Assembly (NCBI GenBank): GCA_036751825.1
Contig: DAIOTV010000002.1
Location: 966-64,965 of the forward strand
Direction: 5' to 3'
Length of the DNA stretch: 64,000 bases
Source: Phycisphaerales bacterium
Lineage (GTDB): Bacteria > Planctomycetota > Phycisphaerae > Phycisphaerales > UBA1924
A program made the position numbers and the translations under genes. Under the pieces are notes generated by a model. It did not search any database. It was not told where the DNA came from and was given only the letters and a program-made list of their open reading frames with translations. Positions 34,338-42,549 of this stretch are shown here, in pieces; within the stretch, counting starts at the first letter, position 1, and each line of letters starts with the position of its first letter.

Positions 34338-35825
34338 CTACGCCGCTCTGACGCCGATGCCCGACTGGGTCGCGTGCTCGGCGATCATCCGGTCGAACTC
34401 GGACAGGTCGAGCGACAGCAGCGCGTCGACCACGCCCGGGTCGAGCTGCGAACCGGCGGACCGGCGGAGCTCGGCGATGACCTCCTCGCGCGGCATCTTC
34501 GACCGGTACGAGCGGGTTGAACTCATCGCATCGAAGGTGTCCGCGGCGGCGACGATCCTCGCGCTCAGCGGGATGCTGTCGCCCGTCAGCCCCGCCGGGT
34601 AGCCCCGTCCGTCCAGCCGCTCGTGGTGGTGGAGCACGGCTGGCAGGATGTCCTCGAGTCCCTTGAGGTCCTTCAGAATGCGGTGCCCGATCTCCGGATG
34701 CCGCTTGATCTGGTCGTACTCGTCGTCGGTAAGGCGGCCGCTCTTCTGGAGCACCGCCTCGGCGACACCGATCTTGCCGACATCGTGCAGCAGCCCGGCG
34801 ACCCGAAGCCGTTCCGCGTGCGCGGCGTCGAGCCCGAGCCCGATCGCGATCTGCTGGCTGAGATACGCCACCCGCTGCGCGTGGCCCCGCGTGTAGCGGT
34901 CCTTGGCGTCGATCGCCGCCGACAGCGACTCGAGCACGCCCATCGCCATTTCGCGCTGCTCGTTGAACAGCCGGCAGTTGGTCAGGAAGGCCGACAGCAG
35001 CCCGACGACGGCGTCGATCAGCTTGGTGTCGTACGAGCTGACGTTGCCCGCCTCGCGATGCTTGTCGCCGGCGATGATCATGCCCACGATCCCGCGGTCG
35101 TTCCGCAGCGGCCGAACGATCGCCTGCGGCCCGTTGAACGCGTCCAGCGACATGCCGTCCAGCGCCATCACGCCCAGCAGCCGGTCGAGGTGTTTCAGCT
35201 CCGTCCCGTGCTTGGCTTCGCCGTCCCAGTGCGTCTTTCCCGCGAGCATGGGTCCGACGTCCGCCGCGTCCGACAGGTGCACCGCGACATACCCGAACGC
35301 GAGCGTCTGCCGGACGCGTTTGCAGGTGACCGACAGGAACCGCTGCGGCTCGTCGAGGCTGGCCATCGAGTTGCCCAGCGCGTACATGAGCTCCAGCATC
35401 TCGAACGCGTCGGTGATCTGATCGGCGAGATCCGTGACTTCGTCCTCGAGCTCGTTGATCGCGAGCCCGTCGCGGATTATCTGCTCGAGCGACGGGATGC
35501 AGCGAAGCAGCTCCGCATCGGGCGCGATCGCCCCGCCCGACCCGGGCCTGCAGGTGACCAGCAGCGAGCCGAGGTCGTCGTCGCGATGCTGTAGCGGCAG
35601 CCTGACCCGCGCCGCGTGAGGTCCTTCGGTGACCACGGCGCCGACGGGGTGGTCCGCAAGCCGACGGAGATCGCCGTCGGCGGCGCCCAACCCGTCGGGC
35701 CTCGAGCCGTCCGGCGCGAGGTAGACGCACTCGAGGCCGAGCTCGGAGGAGCGAGCCTGCACGATTTTCAGCAGAGGCGCGATCCGGCGATCGATCCGGT
35801 GTGGCTCGCACGCATGGTCGGTCAC
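34338..35825 (-). CDS. GAF-domain HD-GYP c-di-GMP phosphodiesterase
   Basis: HD-GYP motifs HAQRVA, LLHDVGKIGV and HHERLDGRGYPAGL. GTG start at 35825 overlaps the receiver gene stop (GTGA). The rest of ORF 34338..36095 upstream is read-through of the neighbouring gene in another frame. Confidence 0.85.
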   Translation of the reverse strand: MTDHACEPHRIDRRIAPLLKIVQARSSELGLECVYLAPDGSRPDGLGAADGDLRRLADHPVGAVVTEGPHAARVRLPLQHRDDDLGSLLVTCRPGSGGAIAPDAELLRCIPSLEQIIRDGLAINELEDEVTDLADQITDAFEMLELMYALGNSMASLDEPQRFLSVTCKRVRQTLAFGYVAVHLSDAADVGPMLAGKTHWDGEAKHGTELKHLDRLLGVMALDGMSLDAFNGPQAIVRPLRNDRGIVGMIIAGDKHREAGNVSSYDTKLIDAVVGLLSAFLTNCRLFNEQREMAMGVLESLSAAIDAKDRYTRGHAQRVAYLSQQIAIGLGLDAAHAERLRVAGLLHDVGKIGVAEAVLQKSGRLTDDEYDQIKRHPEIGHRILKDLKGLEDILPAVLHHHERLDGRGYPAGLTGDSIPLSARIVAAADTFDAMSSTRSYRSKMPREEVIAELRRSAGSQLDPGVVDALLSLDLSEFDRMIAEHATQSGIGVRAA

Positions 35826-36235
35826 GCCGCCGCCTTCCTGTCCGGAGCCCACGACAGGATCCGGCACACCAGGTCGGCGACTGCGGTCGCGCTGAACGGC
35901 TTCTCGAGCACCTCGACGATGCGGGTCTGCCGCAACCGGGTGTCGTCCAGCAGAAAGCCCCGCCCGCTGATCATCACGATCGGGACCTGAGAGGTGACCG
36001 GGTGCCCCGCGAGGGCGAGTGCCATCTCGAGCCCGTCCATTTTGGGCATCTGAAGATCGCTCAGGATCAGCGACGGCGGCCGCTCGACCGCGCACGCGAA
36101 CCCCTCGGCGCCGTTCCGGGCCACCTTCACATCCGCGCCGAGCTTTGCGAGCTTACGTCCGAGAATGTGGGTGATGTGCGGCTCGTCATCGACGAGGAGA
36201 ATCACGGGCCACGCTGTCCGTTCGGCGTCGGGCAT
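35822..36235 (-). CDS. Stand-alone response-regulator receiver (CheY-like)
   Basis: ILLVDDEP, phospho-acceptor context LILSDLQMPKMDG, and a conserved EKP (Lys) near the C-terminus. Confidence 0.9.
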   Translation of the reverse strand: MPDAERTAWPVILLVDDEPHITHILGRKLAKLGADVKVARNGAEGFACAVERPPSLILSDLQMPKMDGLEMALALAGHPVTSQVPIVMISGRGFLLDDTRLRQTRIVEVLEKPFSATAVADLVCRILSWAPDRKAAA

Positions 36236-36367
36236 CTCCGCAGGTCATCGGCCGATCTGGCGATCCGGTGAGGATGTCCGTTCTGGTCAATCGTCGCTTT
36301 CCTGCGCCCTGGGAGGGCTGTAGCGATCATCGGCCCGACCCGCCGCAGGACCCGTACGGGTTATCCC

Positions 36368-37270
36368 CTACCCGTGCGTGTGGGCCGTCGGCGGAGGGAG
36401 CCGCAGGTACCGGCGGAGCAGGGTGCATCCGAAGTAGAACGGCAAGGTATCCAGGAATGCCGCGACCACCTTGAACACGTACCCCGTCGCGATGAACACC
36501 AGAAGCTGAGTCCAGAGGTCGCGGTCCGCATCGACGGGCAGCGATCGCGCCACGAAGTGCGTGATGATGATGACCGCCGAGGTGTCGACGAGCTGGCTGA
36601 CGATCGTCGACCCGTTGTTCCGAAGCCACAGGTGCTTGCCGCGGGTCAGCCGCTTCCAGAAGTGGAACACATGCACATCCACCAGCTGTGCCGCGAGGTA
36701 GGCGATCATCGACGCGGCGACGGCGCCGAAGGCCATCTCCCGGATGCGCAAGAAGGTCCACGCGTCGTCGTAGCGGACGAATGTGCCGGCTGCATCTGTG
36801 ACGACCCCCGGCAGCGGGGGGCCCAGCACGGGGGAGCCGTCGATGAGCTGGCCGTGGACCACGGGGTCGGGGTTCGGGGGCAGAACCCCGCCGAGCCAGA
36901 GAATGAACAGCACCCACACGTTCAGCACCAGGCCCATCCATACGACGAGGCTCGCGCGGCGCCGGCCGTACAGCTCGCTGATGAAGTCGGTGCACAGAAA
37001 GGTGATCGGATAGGGCAGAACGCCCACGGCGACCGCGAAGCTCACGTCGCCGAAGGTTCCCCAGCTCCAGACCCCGTCCGTGATCGACGCCAGCGCGATG
37101 AACTTGCTCACGCCCAGCACATTCAGCAGCGCAAGCGAGCCGAGAAAGATCCCCGAGAAGACGAGGAAGAGGGTCTCGCGCCGTCGGTAGATTTGCAGTT
37201 CCGTGAGCTCCGGTAATCCCGGGTGCGGATGCTGCCGCGTGGGCAGTGTCTCGTGCAGTTCGCCGTGCAT
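36368..37270 (-). CDS. VUT-family queuosine-precursor transporter (YhhQ-like)
   Basis: YPITFLCTDFISELYGRRRA and LWLRNNGSTIVSQLVDT motifs, with multiple TMs. Start uncertain (37270 MHGELH or 37321 MVEKSS). Confidence 0.8.
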   Translation of the reverse strand: MHGELHETLPTRQHPHPGLPELTELQIYRRRETLFLVFSGIFLGSLALLNVLGVSKFIALASITDGVWSWGTFGDVSFAVAVGVLPYPITFLCTDFISELYGRRRASLVVWMGLVLNVWVLFILWLGGVLPPNPDPVVHGQLIDGSPVLGPPLPGVVTDAAGTFVRYDDAWTFLRIREMAFGAVAASMIAYLAAQLVDVHVFHFWKRLTRGKHLWLRNNGSTIVSQLVDTSAVIIITHFVARSLPVDADRDLWTQLLVFIATGYVFKVVAAFLDTLPFYFGCTLLRRYLRLPPPTAHTHG

Positions 37271-37327
37271 TCCCCCCAGCGTATGTCTCTCGATGCACGG
37301 CGGCGATGACTTCTCTACCATGTCGCC

Positions 37328-37885
37328 ATGAACCCGACACCCGACGCGACGATCCCAGACCTCTCGCTCCGACAAGCCGTTGAAGCCGTGCTGCTCACGA
37401 CCGACAGGCCGCTGACCTCAGCGAAGCTGGTCGACCCGCTCCGCGAGGCCGGCTTTGAGGCCGACGCCTCCGCAATCGAGGCCGCGATCGACGAGATCAA
37501 TGCCGCGTACGAAGCGGCGGGCTCGGTCGCGCAGGTCGAACGCGTCGCCGGCGGCTACCGACTGATGACCCGCGGCGAGGCCGGGGGCGTGCTCGCCGCG
37601 TTCCACGGCGCCCGGGCGTCGTCCCGGCTCAGCCGGGCGGCCCTCGAGACCCTGTCCATTGTGGCGTACCGGCAGCCGATCACCCGGGCCGAGATCGAGG
37701 CCATCCGCGGGGTGGCCAGCGGGGAGGTGCTCCGGTCGCTCCTCGAGCGGCGGATGATCACGGTGACCGGTCGTGCCGAGGAACTCGGTCGGCCGATGCT
37801 CTACGGGACGACACCGTCGTTCCTGGAACAGTTCGGGTTGAGCAAGATCGGCGACCTGCCGTCGCTGGAAGGAGCGAGCGCGTGA
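37328..37885 (+). CDS. scpB: SMC-Scp complex subunit ScpB
   Basis: LSRAALETLSIVAYRQPITRAEIEAIRGV and GRPMLYGTTPSFLEQFGL, the winged-helix ScpB signature. Confidence 0.9.
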   Translation: MNPTPDATIPDLSLRQAVEAVLLTTDRPLTSAKLVDPLREAGFEADASAIEAAIDEINAAYEAAGSVAQVERVAGGYRLMTRGEAGGVLAAFHGARASSRLSRAALETLSIVAYRQPITRAEIEAIRGVASGEVLRSLLERRMITVTGRAEELGRPMLYGTTPSFLEQFGLSKIGDLPSLEGASA

Positions 37886-38274
37886 GACGAATCGCTGTCA
37901 TCATCGGGCTGCTGAGCCTGCTCCCGCTCGTGGGGTGCTCGCCCGTGCGGATCAAATGCCTGGTCCTCGAGGGCGAACTCAGCACCGTTGCGGTCGTCAG
38001 CGCAAGCGACCCGCGGTTCGATGAGGTGGGCGTCGAGGGCGCGGAGATCATCGTGCGTCAGACCGGGCGGGCCGGCGATGTCATCATTCGAACGACCAAC
38101 GCCAGCGGCCGAGCGACGATCCCGCTCGCCGGCACGGGCGCCTTGAGCCGGCCTCTGAGCGTCGAGGTCACCGCCGAGGGGTACATCCCCGCCCGCATCG
38201 GCCAGATGCCCACGCCCACGAAGGGGCAGGGTCTGCTGATTCTCATCGAACCCATCGGTGGTTCCAAGCCGTAA
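37882..38274 (+). CDS. Small lipoprotein, all-beta (carboxypeptidase-regulatory-like) domain
   Basis: Lipobox LLPLVGC. GTGA overlap with scpB. Confidence 0.55.
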   Translation: MRRIAVIIGLLSLLPLVGCSPVRIKCLVLEGELSTVAVVSASDPRFDEVGVEGAEIIVRQTGRAGDVIIRTTNASGRATIPLAGTGALSRPLSVEVTAEGYIPARIGQMPTPTKGQGLLILIEPIGGSKP

Positions 38275-38283
38275 CCTAGAGGT

Positions 38284-39312
38284 GTGAAGCCCGCGATCGC
38301 CGACCCTCTGTACCAGCCGGCCCGCCGACGCGATCGGCCCCGCATCGTGACGGGCGTGTTCTTCCTGATGTGCATGGTCGTCCTGCTCGGCGCCTTCGCC
38401 AGCCGGAACAACCTGCTCTACTGGTTCGTTGGCATGGCGATCGGCGCCGTTCTGGCCCACGGGTTCACAGCCGGGCCGCCGATGATGCGCATCGTGCTGG
38501 GCCGCGTTGACATACCCGACCTGGTCGAACGCGGCCGCGAGGCCGTTGTCAGAGTCGAGGTTGCCAGCCGAAACCGCTTCCGAGTCGCCCGAGCAATCCG
38601 GATCGAGGTCGAGCTGCGTGGCACCCATGGAACTCGCACAACCGCCCATGGCGGGCTTTCGGCCATCGGGCCGGGCGAGATCGTGCGCGTGCCCATCGCA
38701 TTGTCCGTCGATCGCCGGGGCGTGTACGACCTCGCATCGGTTCGGCTCAAGACAACGTTCCCGTTCGGGCTCTCAACGAAGGAGCTCGTGTTCCTTCCTC
38801 CGGGGCGCCTCGTCTGCTCGCCGAGCGACGCGGCAATCGGCCGCGCCGAGCGGCTGTTGCTCCATCGGGCCGCCGCCCGGCACGCTGCCGATTCGGAGCT
38901 CGGCGATATCCGGGAGTACGTCCCCGGCGACCCGCGCCGTCTCATCGCCTGGCGCGCCTCCGCCCGAGCCCGCCGGCTGCTCGTTCGCGATCTCGAAGCC
39001 AACCGGAGCCGGCGGCTGTGGATCCGGTGCCACGCGCCGCGCCGAGCGCTCGCCGACCGAGAGCCGGCCGCTGAGCAGATGCTGGATCGAGCGGTCGCCA
39101 TCGGCAAGCACGCGGCCGAGCTTGGCTACCAGGTCGGCGTTCGACACGAGCCCACCGGCACGCGCGTGATCGACCGGGCCGGTTCTCGGTGGCTGGTCAC
39201 GCTCGCCGAACTCGGCGACGCCGAGGGCCTGACGCACGGTCCCGGGCCGCGACCGGGTGATCTGATCGTCGATGTCACGTCTCACGAATTCGAGACCGAG
39301 GACGTCGCGTGA
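38284..39312 (+). CDS. DUF58-domain protein
   Basis: IREYVPGDPRRLIAWRASAR motif and an N-terminal TM pair. Confidence 0.8.
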   Translation: MKPAIADPLYQPARRRDRPRIVTGVFFLMCMVVLLGAFASRNNLLYWFVGMAIGAVLAHGFTAGPPMMRIVLGRVDIPDLVERGREAVVRVEVASRNRFRVARAIRIEVELRGTHGTRTTAHGGLSAIGPGEIVRVPIALSVDRRGVYDLASVRLKTTFPFGLSTKELVFLPPGRLVCSPSDAAIGRAERLLLHRAAARHAADSELGDIREYVPGDPRRLIAWRASARARRLLVRDLEANRSRRLWIRCHAPRRALADREPAAEQMLDRAVAIGKHAAELGYQVGVRHEPTGTRVIDRAGSRWLVTLAELGDAEGLTHGPGPRPGDLIVDVTSHEFETEDVA

Positions 39313-41327
39313 CGTTTCGCACCCGTGCCTTCGATCTGTTCCTGCTGGCTCCGCTCGGCATCGCCGTCGTCGCCTACCAGCTCGCGGAGCCGGGCGAGAT
39401 CATCCCGCCGATCGCCCTGATCGTCTGCGTCCTCGCGCGCGCCGTGCAGGATGTGTCCGGTTGGGTGCTCGGGCGTCGGCCGATCGCCGTGGCCGTCCTG
39501 CTTGCGATCGCGTATGTGCTCGTTGACATCAGCCGAAACCAGTTCCAGGTCACGCTGTTCGCGGACTTCATGATGATCCTTGGCGCGCTCAAGGCGATGG
39601 AACGGCGGACGCCCCGCGACGACGGGCAGCTGCTGGTCGTCTCGATCTTTCTCGCCCTGTCGGCCGCGGTGTCGAGCAACCGGATGGGCACGGGTGTGCT
39701 CCTGGTCGTGTATCTCTTCGCGTTGATGCTCGCCGTGATGCGGATGCAGATCGACGCGGCGACCTGGCCCGCGACGCCCCGGCGTGGACGGCTGTGGCCG
39801 CTGCTCGGTGCGTGCATCGTGGGCACCACGCTCGTCGCCTCGGTGGCGTTCGTGCTGCTGCCGCGGAACACCATGCGATGGTCGTCCAACCAGTTCACCC
39901 CGGTGACGCAGCGTGTGTCCGGCTTTCGAGAGTCCGTGGAGCTCGGCTCCGGCGGGCTGATCTCGCAGGATCCGCGCGAGGTGATGCGCGTCTGGTCCGA
40001 GTCGAGCCTCGGCGAGCCGGCCCCGATGGCCGAGGGCGCGCCGCTGTACCTCCGCGGCGTCGTGCTCAGCGAGTACGAGCCGGGCAGCCGCGGCGGCAGG
40101 TGGAGCCGCGAAGAACGCCCGCGTCGCGTCCGCAGCGAAGAGTTCGGCGTGCTGCCCGGCACCTCCGTCTCGATCGGAAGCGCCGACCGCGCCGAGCAAA
40201 CGGCCGTCCTCCGCGTCGTGCAGTACGCGGGCGCGAGCACCGCGGGGACCGTCTTCACCGCGTGGCGGCCGATCTTCGCCACATTCGTTCAGGCCGAGGG
40301 CACCCTGCTGCGCGACGAAGACGACTTCAGCATGCGGTTCGATGGCTCGCTCGGCGGAACGATCGAGTATCGCATCACCTACGGCGCGGACGCCGAGCCG
40401 CGGGCGGCGGGCCCGCGCGGCAGGCCGCCGGCGCCGAGCGGGTCCGCCATCCTCCGCGAAGCCGCCGTGCGCGCGCTCGAGTCCGCCGGGATCGAGCCGG
40501 ATCCGAGCCTTCGGCCGACCGCCCGCGATGGCGAAGCGATCCGTGCGATGGAGAGCTGGCTCCGATCGTCGAAGGGCTACACGCTCGAGATCGAGCCAGC
40601 GCCTCCGGGTCGAGACCCGACCGAGTGGTTCGTCGAGGAAGCCGAGGCCGGCCACTGCGAATACTTCGCGTCGGCGCTCGCGCTGCTCTGCCGCGAAGTC
40701 GGCATCCACAGCCGGGTCGCGACCGGGTACCTCTCCATGGTTGAAGACGCCGACGAGGGCTTTGCCCGGGTCCGCCGATCCGACGCGCACGCGTGGGTCG
40801 AAGCGCAGATCGCGCCGGGGTACTGGGGCGTGTTCGACGCCACCCCGGCGGCGCTCGGCCAGCCGCTGAACGCGCCCGTTGATCCCTTCACCCGGTGGCT
40901 GAGCTCGCTCGAATCGCTCTGGCTTGCGTCGTTCATCTCCTTCGATGCGCGTTCGCAGTCCAGCCTGAGCCGGTCGCTTCAGCGGTCGCTGCCGTTCGAT
41001 CGGCTCAACCCCTCGTCCGAAGAGGTAAGCGAGGCCGCTGACCTGCCCTGGACGCGCATCGCGGCGGGCGCGGTGTTCTTCGGGGGGATGGCGGCGTTCA
41101 TCCTGCTGGCTCATCGCCGTTGGCGCGGCGGGGGTTCCCGGCCGCTGTACGGCGTCGGCGCAGACGCCATCAGACGCCGCGACCAGCTCGACCTCGCCTG
41201 GCAGCAGGCCGGCCGGCCGAGACCCGCCGGAACCACACTCCTCGCGCACGCCACGCGGCTCGGCGGGTCCGACACGGACGAGGCGTCGGCGATCGAGCGG
41301 CTCGCGTTCGGATCGGTCCGAGAATAG
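39309..41327 (+). CDS. Transglutaminase-domain membrane protein (TgpA-like)
   Basis: Multi-TM N-terminal half. Catalytic Cys in GHCEYFASA and His in DAHAWVEA. GTGA overlap with the DUF58 gene. Confidence 0.85.
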   Translation: MTFRTRAFDLFLLAPLGIAVVAYQLAEPGEIIPPIALIVCVLARAVQDVSGWVLGRRPIAVAVLLAIAYVLVDISRNQFQVTLFADFMMILGALKAMERRTPRDDGQLLVVSIFLALSAAVSSNRMGTGVLLVVYLFALMLAVMRMQIDAATWPATPRRGRLWPLLGACIVGTTLVASVAFVLLPRNTMRWSSNQFTPVTQRVSGFRESVELGSGGLISQDPREVMRVWSESSLGEPAPMAEGAPLYLRGVVLSEYEPGSRGGRWSREERPRRVRSEEFGVLPGTSVSIGSADRAEQTAVLRVVQYAGASTAGTVFTAWRPIFATFVQAEGTLLRDEDDFSMRFDGSLGGTIEYRITYGADAEPRAAGPRGRPPAPSGSAILREAAVRALESAGIEPDPSLRPTARDGEAIRAMESWLRSSKGYTLEIEPAPPGRDPTEWFVEEAEAGHCEYFASALALLCREVGIHSRVATGYLSMVEDADEGFARVRRSDAHAWVEAQIAPGYWGVFDATPAALGQPLNAPVDPFTRWLSSLESLWLASFISFDARSQSSLSRSLQRSLPFDRLNPSSEEVSEAADLPWTRIAAGAVFFGGMAAFILLAHRRWRGGGSRPLYGVGADAIRRRDQLDLAWQQAGRPRPAGTTLLAHATRLGGSDTDEASAIERLAFGSVRE

Positions 41328-41428
41328 CGGCGTCCCGCACCCGAACCCGTCCCGAAGCCGGCAGCGCATCAAGGTGGCCGAGGCGGATGCCGATCCCTCT
41401 CTGGATTGCGATTCGCAGGGGGTCTGGT

Positions 41429-42268
41429 ATGCCGGCACGACGATCGAGAACCGAGCGGTGGCAGGAATCACTCCGCGAGCTCGCGGGCCGACGCGGGCCG
41501 ATCGAGATCAGCATCCCCGCGCACCAGGCCAAGTCGCTGAACTGGCGCGTGCGGCTGCTCGACATCCGGGGCAACCGGCTCATCGTCGAGCAGCCCATCA
41601 CCCTCGGCCGGCGCGTGCCCGTTTCCGTCGGAGCTTCGATTGTCGGCGGGATCTCCATCGGTCAGAACCGCTGGATGTTCACCACGGCCGTTCTCGCCGC
41701 GGGCGAGCAGACCATCGGCGGCCGCCCGCAGCATGTCCTCGAACTGCTGATGCCCGAGGAAGTCGAACGCTGCCAGCGTCGTTCGTTCTACCGCATCTCG
41801 ACCGCGGCGCTCGATCTGCCCGAGGTCGCCTGCGCGGCGCTCGGCGATCCGGGGGAGGCCGTGCCGCTCCAGGTCGCCACGCGTGCCGCCATCCTCGACG
41901 CCTCCGGATCGGCGACCACCCCCGACGCCGAAACGCTCGGATTGGCCTCGCCCTCGACCGGGCTGACGGGCCACGGCGAGCTTCTGAACATCGGCGGCGG
42001 CGGGGCCTGCCTGCGGATGCCGCCCTCGTGCGGATCGCTGCTCGACCGTCCTTCCTACTTCCTGCTGACGCTCGACCTGACCCCCTCCGTGCCGCTGCCG
42101 CTGCCGATCACCGCGAAGCTGGCCCACACACGGATCGACTCGAGCCAGAGCACCCAGGCCGGCTTTTCGTTCGACTTCTCGCAGAATCAGGGGTACGAGC
42201 CGTTCGTCAGCGAGGTCATTTGCCGGTACATCGCCGGCCTCCAGTCCGATTTCCGCGAAGCCGCCTAG
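41429..42268 (+). CDS. PilZ-domain protein (YcgR-like two-domain architecture)
   Basis: RRSFYR (RxxxR) and NIGGGG (variant of D/NxSxxG) about 75 aa apart. AGGGGG lies 7 nt upstream of the ATG at 41429. Alternative start at 41387. Confidence 0.7.
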   Translation: MPARRSRTERWQESLRELAGRRGPIEISIPAHQAKSLNWRVRLLDIRGNRLIVEQPITLGRRVPVSVGASIVGGISIGQNRWMFTTAVLAAGEQTIGGRPQHVLELLMPEEVERCQRRSFYRISTAALDLPEVACAALGDPGEAVPLQVATRAAILDASGSATTPDAETLGLASPSTGLTGHGELLNIGGGGACLRMPPSCGSLLDRPSYFLLTLDLTPSVPLPLPITAKLAHTRIDSSQSTQAGFSFDFSQNQGYEPFVSEVICRYIAGLQSDFREAA

Positions 42269-42549
42269 CGTCGGCTACACGCGGCCCCAATGGAGCGGTT
42301 ACAATCAGCGGACAAAGATAGACGTTGCACGTTCGGTTGATAAACGGCACGCAGAACCGTACCGCTCCTGCTCGGTTGTCGACCAGCTCTCCTTCGGGTC
42401 GATAATCGAAGTGTTGAAATCGGGGGGCTGATGCCCCTCGTTGCTGAAACTCCGCGGTGCCGCCCGCTCTGGTGGTGCTGCGTGCGTCTTCGCAATCGCG
42501 GTGCGGTATGGGTGCAGCCAATCGGGCGCAACGGCGTTAGGAGTCGCCT

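Noticed and set aside
34324-35811. 495-aa Arg-rich ORF in another frame of the HD-GYP locus, and the N-terminal part of ORF 34338..36095
   Set aside because: The HD-GYP frame carries the real motifs. Upstream of 35825 that frame overlaps the receiver gene, which has its own clear CheY-like translation. The GTG at 35825 gives the GTGA coupling.
39282-41471. 729-aa ORF antisense to the transglutaminase gene. Similar antisense giants occur at 42265..44235 (vs rny), 55752..57866 (vs pstA), 59043..61442 (vs sucA), 16905..18632 (vs the amylase), 1623..3503 (vs the M28 peptidase), 9030..10538 (vs GH13) and 13359..14759 (vs GH31).
   Set aside because: All are Arg/Ala/Gly/Pro-biased with no motifs, and each is opposite a gene with strong family signatures. 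I take them to be artefacts of high GC3 content.
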